Positions 12,237 to 24,720 are shown, counted from the whole stretch's first letter. The stretch is 63,982 bases of DNA, filler included, from Choristocarpus tenellus KU-1152 (GCA_964200185.2; 12 parts of 12 records of this genome joined end to end with filler, not necessarily neighbours in it), one strand, 5' to 3'. The notes: a model not told the origin generated them from the letters alone. Translations and numbers: made by a program.

Positions 12237-12996
12237 CTAAGAACATTTAGGGCATGGGCGTGGTGAATTTTACACACAGTTCTTACACACAGTTCAAAGA
12301 GGCCACACAACTCAAAGGGGGACAACCCCCACCCCTGTTCTTCTATATCAATGTGCGTATTGTATGATCTAGTCTAGAATCGCTGCTTGCACTAATTTCA
12401 ATCTCCCTTGCCATTGAGGTACTTGATACTCCATACCAGAAAAAGCGTAACCGCTCAATCACAAGGCCCATCTTCCAACACATACAAGGATCAAGATGTG
12501 TTGACCCTTGCTTTCATAGGTTCCTTTCCGCCCGTCCGTGCGCCACACCTTGATCGCCTTCCAGGCTCTACAACACACACAAAAAAATACAGGCTTGAGC
12601 TCTGCCTCACTACGATCACCACGCCACTGCTTTGAAGAGAGCTGACTTAACATTTTTTTTTTTGTACAGGAGGAGGGTATTGCAATTGCCATGTGTGACC
12701 CACAAAGATAACCACACAGAAAAAAGACTCCTCAGCGGTCAATACACACGGGTGGGTTACAACTTAGGGTTAGGGTTAGTAAAGGCACCGTTGTTCGCAA
12801 GGGTTACAACTCAAGCACACACGGGCAAGCACAAGGAACGGTTCGGTATTGGAAGACATCAAACGAACACGAGAAAAGAAAAGAAAAAAGTATGAAATTG
12901 TTGGGATGCTCTCAGCTAAAACTAGCTACAACAAGACTCGGTGTCTTCGGCATCTTGGGGGAAGGGGGAATGAGACCACTTCATTCACACACTCAC

Positions 12997-15139
12997 CATC
13001 TTGAGCCAATTGTTCGCGAGCGAGGTGTGTTGTGCATAGCCAATGTAGTTGGTAATGAAGAGTTTGGTCCCCTCATTGTACAATGCCTGATAAAAAACAA
13101 TTGCAAGCAATGCATTATATATGTGTGTGTATATATGTATGTATGTATATATATATATAAATCCACATAAATCAAGAGAGAAGTCATTCAAAGCAATAAT
13201 TGACCCGGACGTAAAAAATAGGAAGGCGGGGGGAGGAGAGGAGGGGTGGAAGACGGAAAACCATTGTATGGGCTGCTCTTCTGAAAACTTGCTATTTTGT
13301 TCGAAATGTTGCTTTACAATGTGGCTAGAGACTTGTAACAACAGGCTCTCTCTAATATGGACACGTTGAACATATTGCACACTAGCCTTGCCGACCTAGT
13401 CCTGCTGCCTCCCCCTCCCACACAACCTATTCCAGACCCCCTAAGGTCTCACCGCCCGGGCTCTCCTTGTGTTATCACTGGGGATGGACTCCCCCTTAGC
13501 TTTCTTCAGCGCAAGTCCAGCCTTGAGGAAATCCTCCAGGCGGGAGTTAGCATCTGGTTCCATTACAGCATCTTTCTCCCCCAACTGTGGCAACAGAGAT
13601 GTTCCAGGGCAGGGCATGTATTGTGCGGGGGCGCATGGGGGGGGGGGGGGGAGGAAACAACAGGTGTTGAAAATCAGCCTCAGTAGTGCAAAGTATCTTC
13701 ATTCCAACATGGGTGGATTTAAAGCATTGAGTGCATGTGTTGGAGACGAGGTCTTTTTGGAACAGTCCACTGACATTCGTACAGCTCTATGTAGCACACA
13801 AAAAATACAGGGTTGTTCTAATGTACAAACATTGCTTCAACCATATTGTAAAAACTAGTCACATACAAATTCAAAGGATATAAGGGTGGAGTGGGGAGAG
13901 AGTGCTATATTGGCCATATCGTTGGCGACATTTCGAAATCGTAACGAGGTATATTCAGCAGTAGTACGTAACATTTCACCTCACCCTTCGCTTCAGCTCC
14001 TCCAACTCCTTTTCCAAGTTCTTCACCAACGGCTCCTTCTTAGGCTTCTGAGCTTCAGACTCTTGTGACACAGCAGCAGCCCTCCGTTGCTGTTCTACTC
14101 CCCTGGCGCCCCTCCTTAACGTGCTAGCCCCGTCATCTCTCCCTACTCCTGAGGACAAAGCCGTAGACAAGACTACAGGTGAAAGATCACCAGCCCCAAA
14201 ACTAACACCATCAGTTCCGGGGGATGCAAATGTTGGACTGACGGCGGAAGGAGAGGATACCGAGATGGAACCGACGACAGACCCGGACCCTGGCGACGTC
14301 ACGGATGGAGAATTCTCACCATACTCCACTGCCCCACCATCTCCTGGGGAAATATGCTCTCCGAATGAAGGAAAGGAGGGCGCGTTCTTCGTAGCAGCAG
14401 TACTAGCAGGGTGAGTTGATTGCTCATGGGGAAAAGACGAGGACGAAGTGGCACCTCTTCCACCAGCAGACACCATCTTGGTCTCCTCACGATGTGGGCT
14501 CGCCTCTGGGGATGGAGAGGAAGAAGAGGTGGAACCAACAGCGGGGGCACCCGTATCTGCATTCGAGGATGTGTATGTTGTATCGGTGGGAATTCGACGG
14601 GAACCATCCGCTTGTCCAACAGGAACAGGGCCTACTGCCTCTTGTCCAATGTCAGCTTCCAGTGTCTCCCCTTGAGTATCATGAACGGCAGCCCTATCAT
14701 TCTTGCTCTCCAGAAAGCGAAGGTAGACCTCCGGCATGTCCCAGGAGGAGTCTTGTGTCTCCACGTTGTAGTAGAAAACCTTCCCGTCGGCATCCTGGCT
14801 TTCTATCCAACCGCCAGAGAATCTACCATCCTCACTAACTCCATCATCTTTCGACCCTCTGTCGGTATCCAAAGCAACCGTACCCTTCTCAGCAGAGGCC
14901 CGACTTCCCCCTTGCACATCGATGCCCGCATAACTATTTTTTGTACTATGCTCCTCTTCCAGTGTCTGCTCTGATGCCGAAGTAGCCGTGGCAAGCCTCT
15001 CGAAATGTTCCTCGTACCCCTGTGGCACTTCCCACTGGCTCACGTCCCTTACCGGATCGTAAAAATATACATCCCCTGTCTCTTCATCTGTATGTCTTTC
15101 CCAGGGGCAATCCTGAGGGGTATACGACGCCTCAGCCAT
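12997..15139 (-). CDS. WW-WW domain protein fused to a NELF-C/D (TH1-like) N-terminal domain; exons 15139-13985, 13584-13453, 13086-12997; 3' exons not resolved
   Basis: Two WW domains (WERHTDEETGDVYFYDPVRDVSQWEVP; WIESQDADGKVFYYNVETQDSSWDMP); GT-AG introns all phase 0; spliced LGEKDAVMEPDANSRLEDFLKAG...KLFITNYIGYAQHTSLANNWL aligns by eye with NELF-C/D FSTRDYIMEPSIFNTLKRYFQAG...QLLSENYTAVAQTVNLLAEWL. Confidence 0.8.
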
Positions 15140-15508
15140 AGGAAGTCTTCCTCCCTTACCCCTCCCTGGTCTGCCTCAATTGTTTGAGAGGTATTACGAG
15201 TGTGTCTGCTTCAAATATGCACTACATCCTTTTTGAACTCCAGAACTACAATGTGAAGGCTCCAGAGCACCAAGTTTCCACATTTTCACCTCCCCAAACC
15301 AAAACATAACGATAATATAACATGTATCCAATAACTCAAACATTGGTTGGCTTCGGGACCTTCACACCCCTAACCCAGTTGTAGATTTCCCCCTGGCCTG
15401 TAAGCTTCGGAGTGGCTTCCGTAGCATTCTCGTCTTTTGTCCTGCTCGGCTACGTTGAGTGTGGAGCTTAGCTGAAAGTTGGTAGTGTCGGGAACAGGGA
15501 CGTTCGAA
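15140..15508. promoter_or_regulatory. Probable bidirectional promoter region
   Basis: About 370 bp between divergent ATGs at 15139 (-) and 15509 (+), free of repeats. Confidence 0.5.
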
Positions 15509-16180
15509 ATGGAGGCTCCCAAGCAAACGAAGCCCAAAACAAACGTTTACGTCGGGGGTCTGGAAGAGAAGGTCAACGAGGAAGTACTTCACGCGGCATT
15601 CGTGCGGTTTGGGGATATTGTGGAGGTGATCTTTGGTCCTGCCTAAATAGCGTGGATTCGTTTGGGATGTGCGAGCACCTCTCTCTCACACACATTCTCT
15701 CATCGCCCCTTACCAAATGTTCAGTTGTTCTCGGAGTGATACAATACTGAAGTGTTTAGCTAACTCTTCTCTGGAAAGTCTATGGTGTGACTCTCCTTTT
15801 GGTTGGCAATGATGAGTTTTGATCTCTTCCAGCGGATGTGGATACGTGAGACTTTGAAGTTCGACATTGTTATCTTTGCATGTCAACCACATCCGCCCCT
15901 TACATCTGTAGTCAATCCTCTTCCGTGTGCAGAAGTGCTATGGGACGTATGAAGTCACACAAATCGCTACGCGTTGTAGATTATTTTACAATGCTGGACT
16001 GGTTGTTAAATCGTCACCTTTGAATACTCTTCCAAGTCCAATATATACTCATTCCCCCCTCGTTGGTTGTATAACAGGTCAATATCCCCAAGGATCATGT
16101 GGCAAACACCCACCGCGGGTTCGGCTTTGTCGAGTTCGAGATGGAGTGTGACGCTCTTGCAGCTGTCGACAACATGGACG
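15509..16180 (+). CDS. PPIE: RRM of cyclophilin E/Cyp33 type; exons 15509-15625 and 16078-16180; 3' part not found
   Basis: Spliced MEAPKQTKPKTNVYVGGLEEKVNEEVLHAAFVRFGDIVE|VNIPKDHVANTHRGFGFVEFEMECDALAAVDNMD; RNP2/RNP1 plus PPIE-typical LHAAF.FGDI and A.DNM; canonical splice sites. Confidence 0.85.
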
Positions 16181-17048
16181 GTAAGAAAAAAGTTGTCCAC
16201 TGGGGTGTTTCACTGCCGCCTATCAGGCCTTGACCATCAGCTTCCAGTACTTTGATGTATTTCAATTATTCTTGCAGCTATGTTAAACTGTCAAATAATA
16301 TCTATTCTGCTACTGTCCCCATATCACTCCGCAAGATGTGCTATTTTCACGTTGCCACGAATCAAGGGCGCTGATTTGCTCACCATTAGGTCATCATCTT
16401 CGCATTTCGCACACCTCTGAATTGGAAGTGGTGCACACTCTAGATTTGATATACATTAGGAAAGAAAAGGATAATGCCGTCAAGCTTGCAGCATTACACC
16501 CTGTTCATTAAACTACAGCAGTGTAGGCTTACCCGGCTAGGACAGGTGTCTTGACCTTCAAATGGGTGGAGTTTGAATGTGAGGGAGGAGCTTGCCACAC
16601 TCCACGTAAAAACCTTTTCTAAAAAAAGCAAACCTTCTGTCCCAAAATGGGGTTAGGACTAAGATTTTTCAGGACTGTATATGAAAGCAACTTTACCTCT
16701 GCCTCTGAGAGTCAACAAGTATTAATCCATTGCTTCTCGAGCCACTCTTAACTCTTTCGTGGCTACATTGTATTCTTTCCACTGGAAATTTCTTCCAGGC
16801 AAACCCTTGCTTCATTTAGGGCACACCATTGAAACTTTAGATATATATAGAATTGACTACTGTGCTGCACAGTGGACATGTGAAATCATAAAGGCATATG
16901 ATGTTCCTGTTCTTAGCAGCGAATTCAAACCCCTATCCCTCTTTGCTTNNNNNNNNNNNNNNNNNNNNNNNNNNNNNNNNNNNNNNNNNNNNTTAATTAA
17001 TTAANNNNNNNNNNNNNNNNNNNNNNNNNNNNNNNNNNNNNNNNNNNN

Positions 17049-17232
17049 CCCCCCCAGATAACTTTGAGCCTGTTTCAGAGTAGATAAAACATACACGTTG
17101 TGAAAAGGTGTGTCTGGAACAAGGATATTGGCACTTACTAGCAAACGTGATAGCGAAAATCACATCAAAATTTCAACATTGGATTTTGATTACCAAAGGG
17201 ATGCGGCTCTACCCTCCAAGATACTTTGACTC
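17049..17232. mobile_element. MITE B end joined to a partial MITE A
   Basis: CCCCCCCAGATAACTTTGAGCC followed by the right half of family A ending GATACTTTGACTC. Confidence 0.8.
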
Positions 17233-17550
17233 ACATTTATTTTGAACGCAAGATGATTCGAGCTCTAATTTGATCTTTGCACAGAGTCAGTTCACTTTGC
17301 TGTATGTATTACCACATTTTTGTTTTGCCATGTAGGAATATCATCTTGTTTTTCTTGAGATGTTTTTAATTGCCCTTTGATGCTGCTGGTCTTTAAAACA
17401 TTCCAAAGTGGAGTTTGGGCCATCAACAGTTGCATACCTTGGACATACTATTTCTAGTGCAGGGATGCGCTTTGGCAAGGGGGTCTCCAGATTGTCGTTG
17501 ATATTACCCCACCTGTAGAGTACCTAAGCCTCTAAGTTATTGTTGATCTT

Positions 17551-17727
17551 AGCTCAAAGTATCTGGAGGAGGGTTGCGGCTGTCCATTTGGAGCCAATTT
17601 TTTCATGTCACGAATTTTGGATGATTGGTTGCATACGTCGGATGGATAATGTAAGTGCACGTTTCCTGGTTATGGCCCAAATGGACACCCTGGTGTAGAG
17701 CCCCCCCCCCTCCGGATACTTTGGGTC
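17551..17727. mobile_element. MITE family B, full copy
   Basis: AGCTCAAAGTATCTGG ... CCGGATACTTTGGGTC, 177 bp, inside the gypsy RT relic. Confidence 0.9.
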
Positions 17728-18165
17728 TAAGATTCCCACTCCCCAAACTATAAGATACATTCGTTCCATCTTTGGTATGTGCAAATTCTTTCCAAAATTC
17801 ATTCCACATTATGCAGATATGACAGAACCCCTCCTAAACTTCACTCGTAAAAAGATAATAGCACGCCCTTCTGGTGAACTAGGACAAGCATCAAAATCTG
17901 TTCATGATGCTACGTTTGCTAAAATTAAACTGTGTTGACTTTGGCGCCCACATCACACTGCCCTGACTTTGCTGGATATATTGCGGTACATGTTGATGCA
18001 TCAGATATGTGCAAGCGGTGGTTTTCTGGCTCAAAGAGAGCATCAGACGATCTGACTGACATCTCGCCATATATTGTAGCCCACTTCAGTAAAACATTCA
18101 ATGGAGTCCACTGCAGTTTCTCGGCTACAAACAAATAATGTTTAGCAGTAGTCCAACCAATTAAC

Positions 18166-18424
18166 GATTCAAAGTATCTTACAGGGTAGAGCCGCGTCCG
18201 TTTGGGAGCCAAAATCCAATATTGCGATTTTGATGTAATCTTGGCTACTGTGTTTGTTAGGAAGTATCAATATTCTTGATCTGGGCACATCTTTTCATAC
18301 CTTGCACACATTTCACCTGCTCCGTAACATTTGGGGGTAGGAGAATGTCATAAAAACCAGTGGGAAGTCAAGCCCCAAATGGACTAACAGGGCAAAACTC
18401 GTACCCTCTAAGATACTTTCACTC
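18166..18424. mobile_element. MITE family A, full copy with TSD TAAC
   Basis: TIRs present; TAAC on both sides; removal rejoins the RNase H relic. Confidence 0.92.
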
Positions 18425-19546
18425 TAACCACTTGGTGTACGAATCTCTGGGGTGGACACTTTGACCTTTTTTCTGAGTATACTGCACTCCAGTATCTATA
18501 GTACATGCAAGATAAGGATAATATGCTGACTCTTTGGGTCCTTGCTCTCCAATCCGTGGAGTTCACTGCTCATCGTGAACCAGGCAATGATATGATTGCA
18601 CCCTTTGGTCTCTAACGCCTCTTTATGAGTGAGATCAACCGAATGCCTGCAACACTTGCCCCTATTTGCTGGAGTATCCCAGAAAATGCCTTGCCAGATA
18701 CTACAGTTCCACTCTAGCATATGAGATTTACCTTCATAACCTTAGTGATTTGGATGCCATTCGGGGTGACCGTAACCTTCTCAGTAGTTCAATTATTATC
18801 TTCCCAGCTTTGGACCACACCAAAGTCTGTTCAGCATAAATGAACCAATATTTCCACTATTTTGCGAAGTGAGAGGTGCACAGCTCAGCACATTTACCTC
18901 CACAGGAGTTGACATGTAGTATGTCACATTTTTAGATTGATGCTGAAACTACCTTGTTCTACGGATCACATTTCCCAGGCCACGAAGGCAATCACTGTGC
19001 TTTTGGAATCACAACCAGTGGTTCCAAGAGAATTACACTCCTTGGTCTTGGTTGCTTGTCACAATCATTCTGCCTCAGGAGGTCAGTTCCGTCTTTCCCA
19101 CACACTGGACAAGGTACAAGACCGATACTGGTGGCCCATGTTTCAGAATGGTATCAGAGATTGGGGTGAGAGGTGTCAACTTTGCCAACAAGGGAAAACT
19201 TCTGACAACGCCCCACCCTGCCCCGAGGACAAGTTCCCACTACTTGACCATTTGAACAGGTTCTTGTCGATCTTGTGCAGTGTAAGATCATTTCCTTGAG
19301 ATGTAATTATTTTTTTTTACCATCTCCCAATTGACACACATTATGTTGTCATTCTCATTCCAGTGAAACAAGAAATGACCTTTGCCAAAGATTTGAAAGG
19401 ACATTTCCAATGTTTGGTGCACCTTGTTACCCAAGCACGGCATTTTGCCCTTCCTGATCATTACAGTTATTGTAAGTGAGACACCGAAGAATTTAACAAA
19501 ATATCACTCAACAGCATTTTCTCAACATGTTCTTCTGAGAGTGTAT

Positions 19547-19852
19547 TGTTAAAACATAGGCTACTCATCTGTTTTTCCTCGATACGATACAGTTCCACCA
19601 GTCAACACTGACTGCTGATTGGTCTGTTACGCACTGGACGTTACTGTCACTAGTTCATCATCACCACATCAATTACCGTCAGGACACACCTTAGTACAGA
19701 AGAGTCGCTCTGCATTCTACATACAGGAATAGTATGAGTCACTTGAGTCGCATCACATATTTAGTCATTTTTTTTCTGTTATACTCTTGTTTGTTCTTTT
19801 GTTTTCTCTCTCTTTCTTCTTCTTATCAGCAGAAGACGGCAGTTGTAGTTAA
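19547..19852. repeat. Dispersed repeat, probable LTR (inverted copy at 33195-33498)
   Basis: Starts TGTTAAAACATAGGCTACTCATCTG; about 300 bp of clear similarity to the reverse complement of 33195-33498. Confidence 0.75.
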
Positions 19853-20119
19853 ATGGGTCAAAGTATCTTGGGGGGGGGNNNNNNNNNNNNNNNNNNNNNN
19901 NNNNNNNNNNNNNNNNNNNNNNTTAATTAATTAANNNNNNNNNNNNNNNNNNNNNNNNNNNNNNNNNNNNNNNNNNNNCCCAGATACTTTGAGCCACGAC
20001 ATGGAAAAATGGGCCCCGAATGGACAGCCGCCACCCCCCCCCCCTTTGAGCCTAAAGCACACCCCACAGGAGTAGCCTCTCTATTCATGTGTTGCTTCTT
20101 ATGGGCTAAGTTAAGCTAT

Positions 20120-20296
20120 GGCTCAAAGTATCTGGGGGGGGTAGCAGCTGTCCATTTGGCCCAATTTTATTATGTCACGATTTTTGGGTGATTTGGTTTC
20201 AAATGTCGGATGAATAATGTAAGTGCACCTTTCCTGGTTATGGTCCAAATGGACACCCTGGTGTAGAACGCCCCCCTCCCCCAGACACTTTGGGTC
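20120..20296. mobile_element. MITE family B, full copy with TSD TAT
   Basis: GGCTCAAAGTATCTGGGGGGG ... CCCAGACACTTTGGGTC; TAT on both sides; further fragments at 19855-19878 and 19979-20052. Confidence 0.9.
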
Positions 20297-20299
20297 TAT

Positions 20300-20540
20300 T
20301 CTACCCTTACATGATGTTAACCTCAAGACCTTCGCAGTGGAAAGGTTTTGGTGCCTCGGTAAGCAAGCAGAGAATTTTCTGGATGAGTTGACCACACACG
20401 CAGTAGGGAGGAGAGGGGCAGGGGGTTGTAGCAGGAAAGGGGCGGTCAAATCCCGCTTACAGCAGATAGCGTCCGTCACTACACCAGTTGGTCTCTTGAG
20501 ACGCGTCATGTGTCCCAAGCTGGGTACACCAGGAAGATAG
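20300..20540 (+). pseudogene. C-terminal relic of an RLE-type non-LTR retrotransposon
   Basis: TFAVERFWCLGKQAENFLDELTTHA...KSRLQQIASV resembles the PFAVET.G.LG..A..FL..LA tail of CRE-like restriction-like endonuclease domains. Confidence 0.5.
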
Positions 20541-20862
20541 CAAAGAGGGACCTGTCAGATGTTTGGGATACTTCCCTCACTCCTCACCCAGTTGTGTAGG
20601 GCTAAAGCTAGGTTGGGGGCATAGCAGCTATGTACATATAACATAATATTCAAGGTTTAAGGGAATGTAATATAGCTGCTATTCAGATAGTATTAGATTT
20701 TAGAGAAATATCTTTCACATTTACGATAGGTTTTACTTTTAAAGGGGGCTCCTTGTGAAATTGGTTTGACTTTTTATCTGACTCATCTACAAAATGCCGG
20801 AGGGTGTAATAATATATTCCCTGTCCCATAAGTCTGGGCCGTCAAGTTGTAGCTCTTGGGAA

Positions 20863-23800
20863 CTACCTCCGATTATAAAACGGACTTCTGCTTAGGATTC
20901 CTTGGAATATTTTACATTATTTTTTTTACAAAGAATGCTGTTCTGAAATGGTTCCGAAATAATGGAAGATAGAATTGGGGCATATTCTTATCCCTTTTTA
21001 ATGTTCCTGATGTAGTGTGGAGGTGCACATCACTCACACAACCCCCATAGCTAGCTCCCACAGCCCGTCATCCCCGACACAAAGCCCACTGTCTCAGGAA
21101 AGAACTGCGAGCTGACCGAGGAAGGTCGGACCGCACTTGCTCTACATACGTGTTGGTTCTTCCTCTGTATAAGGAGAGGTTCCCGAGGGGTGTGGGGTCT
21201 AAATCGACAAAAACATTTGGAGTGGGAGAGAGACACCCTAGACGGGTGTATGCGCACGTCAAAGAACAGTTAGACAGGGGGAATACCGCCTCCTTGAAAT
21301 AACAAAGCACTATCTGGACAACATTCAGACTTTACGCCAATGAACAAGCGAAGATTCGGGAAATCAACGCCAGTAATTGCATGCTGACTATCGACCAACT
21401 TCCAACAAGCTCACCGAAATGGGCCTTGCAGTCGGCAGCTCAAGGCTTCAATGCTGACACAAAGCCATGGGGGAATCGAGGGTTCAGTAGCGCATCACCC
21501 CTAGCCTTTCGTTTTCTCACAAGAAGAACAGGGTGGACTTCATCCTTGACCAGATCTCATGTAACCGCAAAACCTACAGGACTGGCCTCAAAACCAATCA
21601 TATCGACGAGGCATGGTTGTACCTCATCACCGAACAAGAGATAGTGCGCATGTTCTCGGGGGAGGAAAAGGCGGGCTTGACGAAGGTGCAGCACAAGAGT
21701 CACTTTCCCAAAGTGATGTTCATATCCGCTGTTTTGCGCCCGGATCCTTCCCATGATTTCGACGGCAAGGTTGGGATCTGGGGGATTTGCATCACGAAGG
21801 AGGTGCAACGGATTACAGCACGGCACACAAAGGGTGAGAAGTACGAGGTCGACGTCACCGTTGATGCCGAGTGGTACCTGGAGTCGTGTAAGTACCAGCT
21901 GTTGCCAGCGATCAAGGAAAAAATGCCAAGACTGAAATTGAGGGGGGCCTTCATACAGCACGACGGCGTGACCCCGTATATAGGGAAGGGCATGGTGCAG
22001 AAGCTGAACGTCGCAGGGATGGAGGAGGCGTGGAACATTAAGCTCTTGATGCAGGCAGTAGAGTCTGTTCGTGGATAGTGCTGGTGATACACTATATACA
22101 CCACCAGTGGAGGATATGCAGAGCCAGATTTATGTTTCCATATATTTCAGTTTTGAGCTCTCCCCAACGTACATATGATACAGTGATAGTATTATTTTCT
22201 GATTATCCATGTGGACGTTGCAAATCCCATGATAGTCTGCACCTGTCTCACCCTACAAGCTCAGTTAGTGGAATCGAGACCATAAGCCTCTTGTAACAGT
22301 AATATTGTAAATCTACACCAAGCCACCTATTGTCCTCTATCAAGGCACACCCCCCAGATACTTTGAGCCATAGCAGACCAATTGTTCCTGCGACGTTGTG
22401 AGCATTAATTGTGCCCAAGATGTCTGCTGGCAGTACGACCAAGATAACTAACCTCCCCGTGTTCGCGGGAAAGCTGGGCGAGGACTTCAACGCTTTTACA
22501 GTAAGGGCTCAAGATACCCTCGGAGTCTATGATTGTGAGACCCCTCTTCATGGCGTCGACATCATCTATGGGGGACCAGTCTGGGCAGTGGACGTGGAAT
22601 TGAGGAGTTCACCAAGTGATGAAGGAGGTGAAGTGGCGGGAGCATCAACGCCATCTGTTCCTGTTGTGGCAAGGACGACCTTCGATTGGCCACTTCACGG
22701 GCCAAGAAAGCTTGGCAGCTCCTACCGATCATGCTGCAAGACCGCGCCTTACATATGTTTATCGCGCCTGGGTCTCCAAGTGCAGGGTTGCCCACACTTG
22801 ATGCGGCCTTTATGCCTAAGACCCGACAAGAGGCGAGGTGCATACGCCAGGAGTTTGATCGCCAAATTATTGTTGAGAGAAAGGACCCTTCGCTAGGGAT
22901 CACAGAGTTGTCTAGGTTGACGACCAGGTTAGAATCAATGGGCGAGGTTATCACAGAAGAAACCAAGGTGGCTACCATTCTCAACAAGCTGGGGGAGAAC
23001 TATGCCCAAGTTAAAGGCTTTATTAGCTTTGGTGAAACCAAGACCGTCAAGCAGGTGGAGGACATGGTGGTGGCAAGGTTCAAGGACCTGCAAGCAGCCA
23101 ACATGGCCAAATCAGTTAGGAACGGCCATGCTCTGGTTGTGAGTGCGGGAAGGGGGACTGCTGGAAAGAAGGGTCGAGGAAGGGCCACGTAGTTTGCTTT
23201 ATTTATGTCAAAGATGACCACAAAAGGTATGACTGCCCCAAGCTTGTCCGGGGTAGGCACGCTAGTGCTTCAACAAGACTGGGGAAAAATGACGGCCAAG
23301 GTAGAAGATGTGTGAGATGCACAGGGCTAGGTCATGAGGTGAGCGAATGTCCCTTGACTGTTCGAGCCAGTCAGTGGAATCGAGACCATAAGCCTCTTGA
23401 AACATTATTATTGTATATTTACATCAAGCCACTTATTGTCCCCTATCAAGGCACACAGCCGCGGGTCCAGAGTGTGGAATATTTCAACAGCCCCCCTATC
23501 TCAACATCAATGATTCAAATTTAAGGCATCTCTGAAGAGCAGGGTTTAGGCGGAGTGTTACGGCGCCGTCGATGAACTTGTAGAGGGGGTTTCAAGCACG
23601 TTCCATGCGTAGGACGCAGACACGCTCGAGAGCGTGTGGCAGAGTCTGTTTAATAGGTACAACCAGGTACTAAGGGCGCTGAAGGGGAACGATTCAAGGT
23701 AGAGCACACAGGGACCAAAAAAAGCCAGTGAGGGGGTGAGTTGGCTAGATCAGTCGAAGTAGACCGAGCGGCCTCTGCGGTGGCCCTGGATTAGTGGGTT

Positions 23801-23879
23801 GAAGATGTTGAATAAAAGCGAGGCATAGTTTCAATATTAAATATTCTAAGGAATCCAACGTAAAGGTCCGTTTCGTAAT
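20863..23879 (+). mobile_element. Mariner-family (DD39D-like) DNA transposon, disrupted
   Basis: Left TIR CTACCTCCGATTATAAAACGGAC..GGATTCCTTGGAATATT, inverted counterpart at ~23840-23879; transposase HIDEAWLY, HKSHFPKVMF, FDGKVGIW, QHDGVTPY, resuming after the LTR insertion with YLNIND...LFNRYNQVLRALKGND. Confidence 0.88.
22066..23489 (+). mobile_element. Copia-type gag-containing LTR element (same family as 3351-5365) nested in the mariner transposase
   Basis: LTR parts 22066-22349 and 23369-23489 match LTRs 3351/4997/36451; gag MSAGSTTKITNLPVFAGK...LTTRLESMGEVITEETKVATILNKL plus CCHC; MITE B end at 22350-22369. Confidence 0.85.
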
Positions 23880-24095
23880 GACCCAAAGTATCTGGGAGGG
23901 GGGGAAGGGTCTACACCAGGGTGTCCATTTTGGANNNNNNNNNNNNNNNNNNNNNNNNNNNNNNNNNNNNNNNNNNNNTTAATTAATTAANNNNNNNNNN
24001 NNNNNNNNNNNNNNNNNNNNNNNNNNNNNNNNNNGTTATGCCCCAAATGGACACCCTGGTGTAGACCCCCCCCCACCACCCAGATACTTTGGGTT
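23880..24095. mobile_element. MITE family B ends flanking a gap
   Basis: GACCCAAAGTATCTGGG before the gap; CCAAATGGACACCCTGGTGTAGA...GATACTTTGGGT after it. Confidence 0.8.
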
Positions 24096-24720
24096 CGATG
24101 TATGTATGGATAGATCTGCTTGAAGGGTGATGGTGGTCATGATCCTTAGGTCAACCCTGCGTGCATTCCATCTGTCCACGGAACATGTAGATCACACCTG
24201 GAATGTGTGTTTGTATTGATCATCAATAGCATGATTTTTTTTTTTGTATGGCATTTAGCATTTCTGGGTAGGGGTCTTGGGGTTTGGATGCCATGCTGGA
24301 ATTGTTACTCTTTTTTTATTATTAGTGCGAGGTTTGCTTGACCTCCTGATGTATTTTGATGCAACAAGTGCAATACAGTGTTACTGTGTGTGTGTACTAT
24401 TTTAACGATTTTTTTTGGTCTGTGCCAAGGAGAGAGTTGGGGGTACTGTAGATGGATGTCATGCGTGGGGTCTACGAAAAATCTTGCAAGCAATCGTGAA
24501 ACCTGCTCTAAACATGGGGTATCTTGATTGGCTTAGGATAAGGAATTTCAGTTACAATTGGTGTACACAAGCGGTGCAAGCCCGTCAATTGTCCATTGAT
24601 CATGAGGAAGTGGTACATACGTAGAACCTCATTTCAATTCTGGCAAGGACTGATTTCCTATTTATTTCTTTTTTCCTGAAAAAGGCGTGCTACCCTAAAA
24701 GTAACGTTTACTACATACAC

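Larger units (their letters stand above)
17380..19300 (+). pseudogene. Ty3/gypsy pol relic (RT, RNase H, integrase Zn finger) interrupted by two MITEs
   Basis: LKHSKVEFGPSTVAYLGHTISSAG; FGMCKFFPKFIPHYADMTEPL; VHVDASD; CLAVV; VVPRELHSLVLVACHNH...RYWWPMFQNGIRDWGERCQLCQ. Confidence 0.88.

Noticed and set aside
12459-12692. Possible fourth exon of the WW-NELF-C/D-like gene (acceptor near 12568)
   Set aside because: Phase-0 reading hits a stop after 17 codons and no TH1-like motif is visible; cannot be resolved without transcripts
14121-14974. Several plus-strand ORFs, also 51075-51479 (+) and 62433-63125 (-)
   Set aside because: Antisense shadows of coding sequence on the other strand
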